This document shows positions 55,410 through 64,000 of a stretch of DNA of 64,000 bases, piece by piece (position 1 is the first letter of the stretch; each line of letters begins with the position of its first letter). Source of the stretch: an uncultured Mageeibacillus sp. GTDB taxonomy: Bacteria > Bacillota > Clostridia > Saccharofermentanales > DTU023. Made by a program: the position numbers and the translations under genes. The notes under the pieces were generated by a model that did not search any database, was not told the origin of the DNA, and worked only from the letters and a program-made list of their open reading frames with translations. The stretch spans positions 3,590 to 67,589 of the forward strand of contig CAZKLG010000001.1 in the NCBI GenBank assembly GCA_964553675.1, in the 5' to 3' direction.

Positions 55410-56123
55410 ATGAAAAATAAATGGTTCCAGTACGCATCCCTTTTCCTGGTCTGTGTCCTTGTCGGTCTGGTGATCGCCCTGCTCATGAAGAACCTCAATG
55501 CCGCCAACCTGGGCGGCAAGAGCCTGCAGGAGCTCCAGAACTCCATCATCGATTACCAGAAGAAGAATGAAGACCTCAACAACCGCAACACCCGCCTCTA
55601 TGAGTATCTGAGGGAGCTGGAGGCTGAGCTGGCCAGCGGCCATGGGGAGAGTTATTTGCATATTGTGGAGGAAAAAGAGCAATATGCCCTCTTTGCAGGC
55701 CTTCGTACCGTCAAGAACACGGGTGTGGTCATTACCTTGACCCCCCTGGCCGGTTATCAGATGCAGGATGCCGTGATCCGCCAATTTGTCAATGAACTGT
55801 CGGCCCTGGGGGCCCAGGCCATGTCCATCAATGAGGAACGGAAGGTGGCCACGACAGAGATCCGGACCAGCCAGGACATGATCCTGATCAACGGGGTATC
55901 ATTTGCCAGGGACACCAGCTATGAAATAAAGGCCATCATCAATCCGGCCAAGATTGATTCCTATGTGGTTCCCTATCTGCTGTCAGTAGGCGATAATATC
56001 AAAAAGCAGGTCCCGGATGAATCCATCTCCATCACCATCCGCAAGGATGACAATGTGACCATTCCCGCCCTCAACGAGGACCGGATTGCCTATCAGATGG
56101 ATTTTCTGGAATCGGTGGACTAG
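55410..56123 (+). CDS. DUF881-family membrane-anchored protein (paralog 2)
   Basis: Same architecture as the upstream gene: TM, coiled coil, NTGVVITLTP, then ALGAQAMSINEERKVATTEI. Confidence 0.65.
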   Translation: MKNKWFQYASLFLVCVLVGLVIALLMKNLNAANLGGKSLQELQNSIIDYQKKNEDLNNRNTRLYEYLRELEAELASGHGESYLHIVEEKEQYALFAGLRTVKNTGVVITLTPLAGYQMQDAVIRQFVNELSALGAQAMSINEERKVATTEIRTSQDMILINGVSFARDTSYEIKAIINPAKIDSYVVPYLLSVGDNIKKQVPDESISITIRKDDNVTIPALNEDRIAYQMDFLESVD

Positions 56124-56169
56124 TGTTACGACTTTATGGGCAGTCACTTCAAGCCCTATAATAGGCTCT

Positions 56170-57174
56170 ATGGATAATAAAGATTTGGAATTCGAAAAAT
56201 ATATTGAACTTGACAGCCCCGAAGAAGGCCTGGTGCTCTTGGGGGCCTGCAATGGCAACGCCTCCCTCTTTAATGAGGCCTTTCATGTGGTCTGCGATTC
56301 GACAGCCGATGGCATGGTCATCAGGGGTCGGGATAAGTCCTCGGTTGAGGCAGCCTCCCGCATTGCCCTTCGCATGAATGAACTCTTTCGGACAGGGGCT
56401 GCCCCGGTCAATGAGCAGATGGTCCGCTATCTGATCGATGCCTCCCTGGCAGGAGACCTGGCCGAGGTGGAAGCTTTTACGCCCGATTTGATCTGTGTCA
56501 ATGCCAAGGGCCGGCCTATCCTGTCCAAGACAAGGGGCCAGCAGGTCTATGTGGATGCCATCCGCAAACATGAACTGACTTTTGCCATAGGACCTGCCGG
56601 GACAGGCAAGACCTACCTGGCCGTCGCCATGGCGGTCAAGGCCTTCAGGGCCCATGAGGTCTCGCGGATCATCCTGACCCGTCCCGCCATTGAAGCAGGG
56701 GAGAACCTGGGATTCCTGCCCGGTGACCTCCAAAGCAAGGTGGACCCCTATATGCGGCCCCTCTATGACTCCCTCAATGACCTTATGGGCTATGAAACCT
56801 ACCAGCGTCATCTGGAGAGGGGTGAGATCGAGATCTCCCCCCTGGCCTATATGCGGGGCCGGACCCTGGATGATGCCTTTATCATCCTGGATGAGGCCCA
56901 GAATACCACCAGGGAACAGATGAAGATGTTCCTGACCAGGCTGGGCTATAACGCCAAGGCAGTGGTCACAGGCGACATTACTCAAATCGACCTGCCTGTA
57001 CGCCGAAAGAGCGGTCTGGCTGAGGCGGCCAATTTGCTGGGCTCACTCCAGGGCATCAAAAGCATCAAACTGACTGAGCGTGACGTGGTCCGAAACCCCC
57101 TGGTCCAGCGGATCATCCGGGCCTATGAAAAAGACACGGCGACCAGGCGGAGGGACCATCCCGGCAGGAGGTAA
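56170..57174 (+). CDS. phoH: PhoH-family ATPase
   Basis: FAIGPAGTGKTYLAVAMAV (Walker A), IILTRPAIEAGENLGFLPGDL and FIILDEAQNTT (Walker B). Start moved to ATG 56170. Confidence 0.9.
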   Translation: MDNKDLEFEKYIELDSPEEGLVLLGACNGNASLFNEAFHVVCDSTADGMVIRGRDKSSVEAASRIALRMNELFRTGAAPVNEQMVRYLIDASLAGDLAEVEAFTPDLICVNAKGRPILSKTRGQQVYVDAIRKHELTFAIGPAGTGKTYLAVAMAVKAFRAHEVSRIILTRPAIEAGENLGFLPGDLQSKVDPYMRPLYDSLNDLMGYETYQRHLERGEIEISPLAYMRGRTLDDAFIILDEAQNTTREQMKMFLTRLGYNAKAVVTGDITQIDLPVRRKSGLAEAANLLGSLQGIKSIKLTERDVVRNPLVQRIIRAYEKDTATRRRDHPGRR

Positions 57175-57179
57175 GACCA

Positions 57180-59381
57180 GTGAAAAAACCAGGATCCAAA
57201 ACACGGGCAGCCGTCAACCTTCTCTTCGTCTTTGTGGCTGTTTCCATCATGGTTATCACGGTCTATATTGGCGCCACCCCCCGCCAGTATGATCTTCAGC
57301 TGGGCGACATCAGCTCCTACGATATTTCCGCCCCCCGCGATTTCGCAGACGAGGCCGAGACGGTCCGCCGGGCCCTGGTGGAGATGTCCCAGGTCCCCAA
57401 TGTCATGATCCGTTCCGAGGAAAAAAGTGAAGCCTCCCATAATATGGTCCTCAGCCTCATCAATCTGGTCAAGGAAAAAAGGGATGCCCTCTATAAGGAA
57501 CCGGTCGTTGAGGTGGAACCCCTGCCCGGTGAGGAAGGCAGCCAGGAAGGGGAGAATGGGGATCCGGGCGACCGGACCCGCCGGCCTGACAGCCAGGAGA
57601 TTGAACTGGCCATCTCCTCACTGATTTCAGCCATCGACCAGACTCTGGGCCTGGTCCTGCAGTCGGGCGATGCCGACCTCATGATCCGCATGGAAGAGGA
57701 TCGTTTTGAGCACCTGTCGGCCATCTTATTTGCTGAATCGGGGGCCATTGTGGCCAAGACCCTGGACGCTGCCGGCCTCAGGGCCTCCATCAGTGAAACC
57801 GTCTCCAGGCTGGAGGGGAGCATGGACTATTACAAGGATGACCTGGCTCTGATCGGGCGTCTGATGACCCTCCTCCTCCAACCCAATGTCGAGTTCAACC
57901 AGGAAGCAACTGACAAGGCCAAACATGCCGCCTATGAGCGGGTCATGAATAATCCGGTCATGATCAACCGGGGAGTCCGGATCGTCAGTCAGGGCGATGT
58001 CATCACCCCTGAACTTCGGGCCATGCTGGAAGAGCTCAATATGACCGTGGGAGCCGGCATTGACTGGGTCCGTATGGGCTCCACCCTGGCCCTGGTCGTC
58101 ATGGTGGGTCTGGTGGTAGCGGTCTTCTTTTCCCGCTATTCACCGGGTTTACTCTTTTCGACCCCCCGCAATACCCTGGCCCTGGTCCTGGCCATCCTGA
58201 TCCCCCTGCTCATGTCAGCCTATCTGGCCCGGGACTACCCCCTGGCTCCGCCCATTTACTTTGCGGCAGTCGTCATCACGGCTTATTTCGGCCTTCGTAC
58301 CTCTATTTTCCTGTCGGCCATGCTGACCATCCTGGTCATGCCCATGACCGCCTTCAACCCCACTTTCCCCCTGGTGGCCATCCTGGGCTCTACCATCGCC
58401 ACCCTCTTTACCCGGCGGACCGGCCGTCACGACAACTATGCCCAGATCATCCTGGCCACCTCTTTTGTCACAGCGTCTGCCAGCCTGATTGCGGGACTCC
58501 TTCAAAAGAGCTCCTGGGGCGGGATCTCGGCAGGGGTCCTTCAGGCCACCATATCGGGAGCCCTGTCTGTCATCATCGGCATCGGGATCATGCCTCTCTT
58601 TGAACTCATCTTCAACACGGTATCCCCCCTGCGCCTGATCGAGCTCTCCCAGCCGGGACATCCCCTCATGAAACGACTCTTCGTTGAAGCACCGGGGACC
58701 TCCCAGCACAGCATGATGGTGGCCAATCTGGCGGATACGGCAGCCGAGGCCGTGGGGGCCAATGCCATGATCGCCCGGGTGGGTGCCTATTTTCATGATG
58801 TGGGCAAGCTGGAAGCCCCCCTCATGTTTACCGAGAACCAGACGGGGGACAATCCCCATGACCGCCTGCCTGCCCTGGAAAGCGCCCGCATCATCACCCG
58901 CCACCCCGAGGACAGCCTGGTCCTGGGCAAGCGTTATCGCCTGCCCCAGCCTCTCCTGCGCATTGCCAATGAGCATCATGGGACCACCCTGCTTTCCTAT
59001 TTTTGGAATAAGGCCCTGGAAGAAGCCAAGGCCAAGGGTGAGGATCCGCCCCCGGCAGACCTCTTCCGTTACCGGACCCCCCTGCCCAGCAGCCGCGAGT
59101 CGGCCATTGTCATGTTGGCCGATTCAGTCGAGGCTGCCATGCGGTCCGAGCAGGTACATTCCCTGGAAGAGGCCGAATCCCTGATCGGTCAGATCATCCG
59201 GGACAAGATCGACCAGGATCAGCTCCGGCTGTCGGGCCTGTCCTTTGCCGATATTGATACCATCACCCAGTCCTTCCTCCAGGTCTATGCCGGCCATTTC
59301 CATGAAAGGGTGCCCTATAAGAAGCCGGGCCGCCCCCCTGTCCGGCAACTGGAAGGGGAACTGATGGAAAGACTTGACTAA
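57180..59381 (+). CDS. pgpH: 7TM-receptor HD-domain phosphohydrolase (PgpH/YqfF-type)
   Basis: Large extracellular N-domain, seven TM helices, and a C-terminal HD domain (SQHSMMVANLA...GAYFHDVGKL...HHGTTL). GTG start after CAGGAGG. Confidence 0.82.
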   Translation: MKKPGSKTRAAVNLLFVFVAVSIMVITVYIGATPRQYDLQLGDISSYDISAPRDFADEAETVRRALVEMSQVPNVMIRSEEKSEASHNMVLSLINLVKEKRDALYKEPVVEVEPLPGEEGSQEGENGDPGDRTRRPDSQEIELAISSLISAIDQTLGLVLQSGDADLMIRMEEDRFEHLSAILFAESGAIVAKTLDAAGLRASISETVSRLEGSMDYYKDDLALIGRLMTLLLQPNVEFNQEATDKAKHAAYERVMNNPVMINRGVRIVSQGDVITPELRAMLEELNMTVGAGIDWVRMGSTLALVVMVGLVVAVFFSRYSPGLLFSTPRNTLALVLAILIPLLMSAYLARDYPLAPPIYFAAVVITAYFGLRTSIFLSAMLTILVMPMTAFNPTFPLVAILGSTIATLFTRRTGRHDNYAQIILATSFVTASASLIAGLLQKSSWGGISAGVLQATISGALSVIIGIGIMPLFELIFNTVSPLRLIELSQPGHPLMKRLFVEAPGTSQHSMMVANLADTAAEAVGANAMIARVGAYFHDVGKLEAPLMFTENQTGDNPHDRLPALESARIITRHPEDSLVLGKRYRLPQPLLRIANEHHGTTLLSYFWNKALEEAKAKGEDPPPADLFRYRTPLPSSRESAIVMLADSVEAAMRSEQVHSLEEAESLIGQIIRDKIDQDQLRLSGLSFADIDTITQSFLQVYAGHFHERVPYKKPGRPPVRQLEGELMERLD

Positions 59382-59393
59382 GAAGGCCCCTCT

Positions 59394-60812
59394 ATGATTG
59401 ATATCAAACACCAGAACCGCCAACGACAATACAGGCTGTCCCAACTGGCCCCCCTGATCGAGGAAAGCGTCAGGCATGTCCTTTATGCCATGCCCTTTGC
59501 CCGGGAGCTCATGGCCCGGGGCATCCGTCTGACCCTTGATTGGACCCTGCTGGGCCCCCGCAGCATGCGGGCTGTCAACCGGGAGCAAAGGCAGATTGAC
59601 CAGACGACCGATGTCCTCTCCTTTCCTGCCAGACAGATGAAGGAAGGACAGTTGACGGAGGATCTGGAAGCCTGGGAGCTGAGGGGGGAAGACCCCGACC
59701 GGCCCAGCCTCTTCCTGGGCGACCTCCTCCTGGCACCGGCCGTCATTGAGGCACAGGCCAAGGACTACGGCCAGTCCTTTGAGTCAGAGCTCCGTCTCCT
59801 GGTCATCCACGGTGTCCTGCATCTATTGGGTTATGACCACGAGACCGACCAGGAAGCCCAGGTCATGGAGGCCATCCAGGACAAACTTTTGCTGGGTCTC
59901 AGGGAGATCCCCTGCGGCTTTGTGGCCTTGACCGGCCGGCCCAATGTCGGCAAATCCACCCTCCTCAATGAGTTATCTGACCGGACCCTGGCCATTACCT
60001 CCTCCAAGCCCCAGACCACCCGCCATGCCATCCGGTCGGTCCTGACCAGCCCGGATTACCAGATTGCCCTTTTGGACACGCCCGGCCTTCACCAACCCAG
60101 GAATGCCATGGGCAAGGCCATGATGAAGGCGACCACCTCTGCCGTCGGCCAGGCTGACCTGGTGGCAGTCATGGTGGATGCCGCCTGGAAGCCTTTTGTC
60201 GGCCAACTGGAGCTCCGGATCATCCAGGAAGCTCAAAAAGAGGGCAAACCGGTCATCCTCATCATCAACAAGGTGGATGGAGCGCCCAAGGAAAATATAC
60301 TTCCCCTGATCAAGGCCTATGATGATCTTCTCAAGCTGGATGCCTACCTGCCCCTGTCAGCCCTGACCGGTGACGGCATAGACCGGCTTCTGGAGGAAAT
60401 CGCCCGCCTCCTGCCCGTCAGGCGGCCCCTCTTTGATCTGGACGATGAAACCGATCAGACAGAACGGATGTTGGCCTCTGAATTGATCCGCCGGGAGGTC
60501 ATCCTGCAGACTGACCAGGAGATACCCTATGGGGTCAGTGTCCTGATTGAGCGATTCGAGGAATTTGACCCAGACAATGAGGAAAGGGAGCTGGCCATCG
60601 ATGCCGTCATCCTTTGCCAAAGAAAGGCTCACAAGCAGATCCTGATTGGCAGGGGAGGGGACAAGATCAAATCCATCGGTACGGCGGCCCGCCGGTCCAT
60701 TGGTCAATTGCTGGAGGCCAGGGTTCACCTCTCCCTTTTTGTCAAGGTCAGACCCGACTGGCAGGACAAAGTCCAGGACCTGCAGACAGCCGGTATCCTG
60801 GGAGGAGACTGA
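59394..60812 (+). CDS. era: Fusion protein: endoribonuclease YbeY + GTPase Era
   Basis: Residues 1 to about 165 have TDVLSFP and HGVLHLLGYDH (the YbeY zinc site). Residues from about 170 to 472 have GRPNVGKSTLLN (G1), DTPG (G3), NKVD (G4) and a KH region (KQILIGRGGDKIKSIG). It is one open frame of 472 codons. Confidence 0.9.
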   Translation: MIDIKHQNRQRQYRLSQLAPLIEESVRHVLYAMPFARELMARGIRLTLDWTLLGPRSMRAVNREQRQIDQTTDVLSFPARQMKEGQLTEDLEAWELRGEDPDRPSLFLGDLLLAPAVIEAQAKDYGQSFESELRLLVIHGVLHLLGYDHETDQEAQVMEAIQDKLLLGLREIPCGFVALTGRPNVGKSTLLNELSDRTLAITSSKPQTTRHAIRSVLTSPDYQIALLDTPGLHQPRNAMGKAMMKATTSAVGQADLVAVMVDAAWKPFVGQLELRIIQEAQKEGKPVILIINKVDGAPKENILPLIKAYDDLLKLDAYLPLSALTGDGIDRLLEEIARLLPVRRPLFDLDDETDQTERMLASELIRREVILQTDQEIPYGVSVLIERFEEFDPDNEERELAIDAVILCQRKAHKQILIGRGGDKIKSIGTAARRSIGQLLEARVHLSLFVKVRPDWQDKVQDLQTAGILGGD

Positions 60813-60816
60813 TGCC

Positions 60817-61641
60817 ATGACCAGCCTGGTCACCAAGGCCTTTGTCATGAACTCCTTCCCCTGGAAGGACCGCCACCGCCTCCTCCATCTGCTGACGCCC
60901 GACAGGGGCCTGATCACGGCCATGGCACCGGCCAGCGAGAGCATGAAGAGCAGGCTGAGGGGGGTAACCAATCTCTTTTCCCTGTCCGAGTTTACCCTGA
61001 CCTGCCGCCAGTCCCGCTTTACGGTCAAGGATGGTTCCGTCATTGAATCCTTCATCAGTATCAGTTCAGACCTGGACCGGCTGGCAGCCGCCTCCCATGC
61101 GGCGGAAATCTTTTCGGATGTGGCCCGTAACGATGAGCCTCAAAAAGAGATTTTTGACCTCTGGGCCTATACCATCTATGAGATCTCGGTCTCTGAGGAC
61201 CCTGTTTTCATTGCCCGGATGAGCGCCATGCGCCTGATGGAACTTATCGGGCTGGCACCCGGCCTGGAGGCCTGTGTCTATTGCCGGGATCCCTTCCGGG
61301 CTTATGCGGGATTCAGCTTCCGGGAGGGGGGGCTCCTTTGTGCCCAGGATCTTGGCCGCTTCAAGGAGCAGTCCCTGACCCCCTTATCCAAGGGGGCCCT
61401 GGCCCTCCTGCGTCACATCAAGTCGGCGCCCTTGCCCCGGCTCTATCGATTTGAAGCCAGCCAGGCCATCCGCCGGGAGGCGGCCTCTTTGGCCGACCGC
61501 TGGCTGGAGGAGAAGATGGAGAAGCAATATAAGCGTTTGACCTGGCTGGACCAGTGTCCGGACTTCCTGTCCCTTGACCAGGGGGATGATCAAGGGCAGT
61601 CAAAGTCTCAAGCCAAGCCCCAGGGAGGTGGGGAAGCATGA
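60817..61641 (+). CDS. recO: DNA repair protein RecO
   Basis: OB-fold N-terminus (KAFVMNSFPWKDRHRLLHLLTPDRGLITAMA) and a Cys-containing zinc region (CVYCRDP...LLC). Start moved to ATG 60817, with GGGAGGAG upstream. Confidence 0.85.
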   Translation: MTSLVTKAFVMNSFPWKDRHRLLHLLTPDRGLITAMAPASESMKSRLRGVTNLFSLSEFTLTCRQSRFTVKDGSVIESFISISSDLDRLAAASHAAEIFSDVARNDEPQKEIFDLWAYTIYEISVSEDPVFIARMSAMRLMELIGLAPGLEACVYCRDPFRAYAGFSFREGGLLCAQDLGRFKEQSLTPLSKGALALLRHIKSAPLPRLYRFEASQAIRREAASLADRWLEEKMEKQYKRLTWLDQCPDFLSLDQGDDQGQSKSQAKPQGGGEA

Positions 61642-62339
61642 CCATATTCCAGAGTATATTTGACATCATCGGTCCCATTATGGTGGGCCCTTCCAGTTCC
61701 CATACTGCGGGCGCCGTCCGGATGGGCCTGGCGGCCCGTTCCATTTTTGGCCAGCAGCCCGACCGGGTGGTCATTACCCTCTACGGCTCCTTTGGCCACA
61801 CCTATAAGGGTCACGGGACTGACCTGGCCCTGATCGCCGGCCTCCTGGGCTATTCGACCCACAGTGAGGAGATCCGCCAGGCCAGACAGCTGGCCAGGGA
61901 GGCGGGGATGGAGGTGGACATCCAGGTCTCTTCAGAGATGACGGAACACCCCAATACAGCCCAGCTTTGCCTTTACAAGGACCAGCGCCAGCTCTGTATC
62001 ACCGGTATTTCAACGGGTGGAGGCATGATCGATCTGACAGAGATTGATGGCTTCAATGTCCACGTCTCCTGTGAAGAACCTGTCATCCTGGTCTTCCATC
62101 GGGACCGGCCCGGCCTGATCGCCCAGGTGTCCAAGATCCTGGCCCTGGAGGATGTCAATATCAGCCAGATGGAAGTGTCCCGCAAGGGCAAGGGCGAAAA
62201 AGCCCTCATGCTCATGGCCACGGACGCCCGGATTCCCGACCGGGCCCTTGAGGCCATTGAGGGCATCCAGGATGTCAGCCGGATTATCTTTTTGAGTGCC
62301 CTGACCCGTGAGCCGGATTCAGAAAAACCAAGCTGCTAA
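61638..62339 (+). CDS. sdaAB: L-serine dehydratase, iron-sulfur type, beta subunit
   Basis: IFDIIGPIMVGPSSSHTAGAVRMG and a C-terminal ACT-like region (PVILVFHRDRPGLIAQVSKILA). Confidence 0.9.
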   Translation: MTIFQSIFDIIGPIMVGPSSSHTAGAVRMGLAARSIFGQQPDRVVITLYGSFGHTYKGHGTDLALIAGLLGYSTHSEEIRQARQLAREAGMEVDIQVSSEMTEHPNTAQLCLYKDQRQLCITGISTGGGMIDLTEIDGFNVHVSCEEPVILVFHRDRPGLIAQVSKILALEDVNISQMEVSRKGKGEKALMLMATDARIPDRALEAIEGIQDVSRIIFLSALTREPDSEKPSC

Positions 62340-62350
62340 GGAGTAGAAGG

Positions 62351-63247
62351 ATGAAGATTAATCAATTTTCCCATGTTCTGGCCGCCTGTAAAGAGTCTGA
62401 CATGAGCCTGGCCCGCTACTTTCTGCAAAGAGAGATCCAGACCAGTCAAATGGATGAAGCCGCTATTCTGGCCAAGATGGAAGAGAATCTCAAGGTCATG
62501 GAGAAGGCGGTGGCGGACGGCAAGCTTGGCATCCGGTCTTTTTCAGGCCTGACCGGCGGGGATGCCCGCCGTATGCTGGACTATATGACCCTCAAGTCCC
62601 CCCTGGGCGACAGCCGCTACTTTGAAGCTGCCCTGAACGCGGTGGCCATCAATGAAGTCAATGCCGCCATGGGTGTCATCTGTGCCACGCCCACAGCCGG
62701 TTCCTCGGGGATCGTCCCCGGTGTGCTTATCGCCTTTCGTGACCGTTTGAAGCTGGACCGGCGGACCCAGCTGGACTTTCTCATTACCAGCGGGGGCTGC
62801 GGCATCATTATCGGCAACCAGGCCTCTTTGTCCGGGGCTGCCGGAGGCTGTCAGGCTGAAGTCGGGTCAGCCTCTGCCATGGCTGCGGCCGCCTTGGTCG
62901 AAGCAGCGGGTGGTAGCCCCCAGGCCTCGGCTCATGCCCTGGCCATTGCCTTGAAAAATCTTTTGGGACTGACCTGCGACCCGGTTGCCAGCCTGGTGGA
63001 GGTCCCCTGCGTCAAGCGCAATGCCGTCGGGGCAGCCAATGCCATCCTGGCCGCCGAGATGGCCCTGGCAGGGGTTGAGAGTAAGATCCCCGTAGACCAG
63101 GTCATCCAGGCCATGGGGTCCATCGGCCGCATGATGCCGGTCGCCTTGAGGGAGACGGCCTTGGGGGGCTTGGCCCAGACTGATCAGGCCAAGAAGATCG
63201 AGCGGATCCTCCAGGACAAGGGGACCATTGACCTGGAGGACCTTTAA
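62351..63247 (+). CDS. sdaAA: L-serine dehydratase, iron-sulfur type, alpha subunit
   Basis: VICATPTAGSSGIVPG, GCQAEVGSASAMAAAA, LGLTCDPV and EVPCVKRNA motifs. Confidence 0.9.
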   Translation: MKINQFSHVLAACKESDMSLARYFLQREIQTSQMDEAAILAKMEENLKVMEKAVADGKLGIRSFSGLTGGDARRMLDYMTLKSPLGDSRYFEAALNAVAINEVNAAMGVICATPTAGSSGIVPGVLIAFRDRLKLDRRTQLDFLITSGGCGIIIGNQASLSGAAGGCQAEVGSASAMAAAALVEAAGGSPQASAHALAIALKNLLGLTCDPVASLVEVPCVKRNAVGAANAILAAEMALAGVESKIPVDQVIQAMGSIGRMMPVALRETALGGLAQTDQAKKIERILQDKGTIDLEDL

Positions 63248-64000
63248 TCGAAGTCTTTCCAAAATTCCCGGATCAGATCCAGGCATTCATCTTCCTGGTC
63301 CACATGATGGACCTGCCAATCATCAGGGAAGAGCCGGCCGTAGTCAGGCCGGCCATAGCGGTCATCGATGAGGAGGACAAAACCAAAATCCTCCTCACTG
63401 CGGATCAGGCGGCCGGCTGCCTGGGTGACCCGGTTGAAGCCGGGCCAGACATAGGCATAGTCATAGCCTTGGCCGCTTTTCCCGTCATAATACTGGCGCA
63501 GGATGTCTCTTTCAGGTGAGAGGCCGGGCAGGCCTGTCCCAATGATGATGACGCCTGTCAGGGCTTCTCCCACCAAATCCACCCCTTCGTTGAAGAGCGA
63601 ACCCATGACGGTCAGCCCCAGAAGGGACTTATCTTGTTTTTCTCTTTGGAAATAGGCCAGGTATTTGTCCCTTTGGGCCTGGGTCATCCGGGCCGGCTGG
63701 ACCAGGTAATCGATACGGTCATCTTTTTCAGCTGACAGAATCCGGACCAGTTGTCGCTGATAGGCGAAAGAGGGGGAGAAGACCAGGTAGTTGCCCTTCC
63801 TGAGACCAGCCACCTGGCGGATCAGGCGGGCAATGGCGGGCAGGGATTGGGGCCGGTCCTGGTAGCGGAGGGAATGGGCCTGGTAGGCGACCATGAGACG
63901 CCGCTCCCTGGGGAAGGGGGACTTGAGCCGGATGACCTGGGGCTTCTCCAGGGCTGACCGGGCGTCCAGGAGGGAGAGATAATAGGGGAGGGGGGTCAAG
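63244..64000 (-). CDS. DinG/Rad3-type ATP-dependent DNA helicase, C-terminal part (N-terminus beyond the right window edge)
   Basis: GSLFNEGVDLVGEALTGVIIIGTGLP and VTQAAGRLIRSEEDFGFVLLIDDRY are helicase motifs V and VI of the DinG/XPD C-terminal domain. The M at 63999 in the track is an internal TTG; the frame stays open to the edge. Confidence 0.75.
   Translation of the reverse strand, partial: LTPLPYYLSLLDARSALEKPQVIRLKSPFPRERRLMVAYQAHSLRYQDRPQSLPAIARLIRQVAGLRKGNYLVFSPSFAYQRQLVRILSAEKDDRIDYLVQPARMTQAQRDKYLAYFQREKQDKSLLGLTVMGSLFNEGVDLVGEALTGVIIIGTGLPGLSPERDILRQYYDGKSGQGYDYAYVWPGFNRVTQAAGRLIRSEEDFGFVLLIDDRYGRPDYGRLFPDDWQVHHVDQEDECLDLIREFWKDFD

Noticed and set aside
1-64000. CRISPR arrays, tandem or interspersed repeats, IS elements, prophage, defence or toxin-antitoxin genes.
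   Set aside because: Reading the intergenic regions and the ORF products, I saw no repeat-spacer periodicity. I also saw no transposase, integrase, reverse transcriptase, Cas, restriction or small paired toxin-antitoxin ORFs. Every intergenic gap over 100 nt is accounted for by promoters, terminators, tRNAs or the tmRNA. A computational repeat search (self dot-plot) was not possible here and would be the decisive check.

Overview
This is a densely coding, G+C-rich chromosomal segment. Its gene content and order match the conserved core of a Bacillota (Clostridia-like) genome: nadD-yqeK-rsfS-comEA; yqeG/efp-asp23-nusB-xseAB-ispA-dxs-nadK-argR-recN; rny; lspA-rluD; phoH-pgpH-ybeY-era-recO-sdaAB-sdaAA.

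I call 59 protein-coding genes, two of them cut by the window edges. One of those, a catalase at the left edge, is absent from the supplied ORF track because it has no in-window stop. I also call six tRNAs in three clusters (Pro; His-Gln-Lys; Gly-Arg, all with encoded CCA), one tmRNA, several sigma-A-type promoters and several intrinsic terminators. Many track ORFs are GC-driven antisense artefacts. Several track starts were moved to downstream ATG/GTG codons that have Shine-Dalgarno sequences.

Reading by eye, I found no CRISPR array, transposase, integrase, reverse transcriptase, restriction/defence or toxin-antitoxin genes, and no conspicuous repeats. I therefore do not claim a mobile element or a clear novel multi-gene system.

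The items worth a second look are:
- Unusual protein architectures: a YbeY-Era fusion, a NadD-YqeK fusion, and an extra N-terminal module on Ogt.
- Apparently inactivated enzyme homologs: an M3-peptidase-like protein reading SETGF where HExxH is expected, and one or two membrane-anchored PP2C-like proteins with substituted metal ligands.
- A visibly A+T-richer nitroreductase/thyA stretch next to tRNA-Pro.
- A GNAT plus SH3b-protein gene pair sandwiched between two tRNA clusters.
- Three large orphan proteins.

All functional calls rest on motif recognition by eye. No searches were run.
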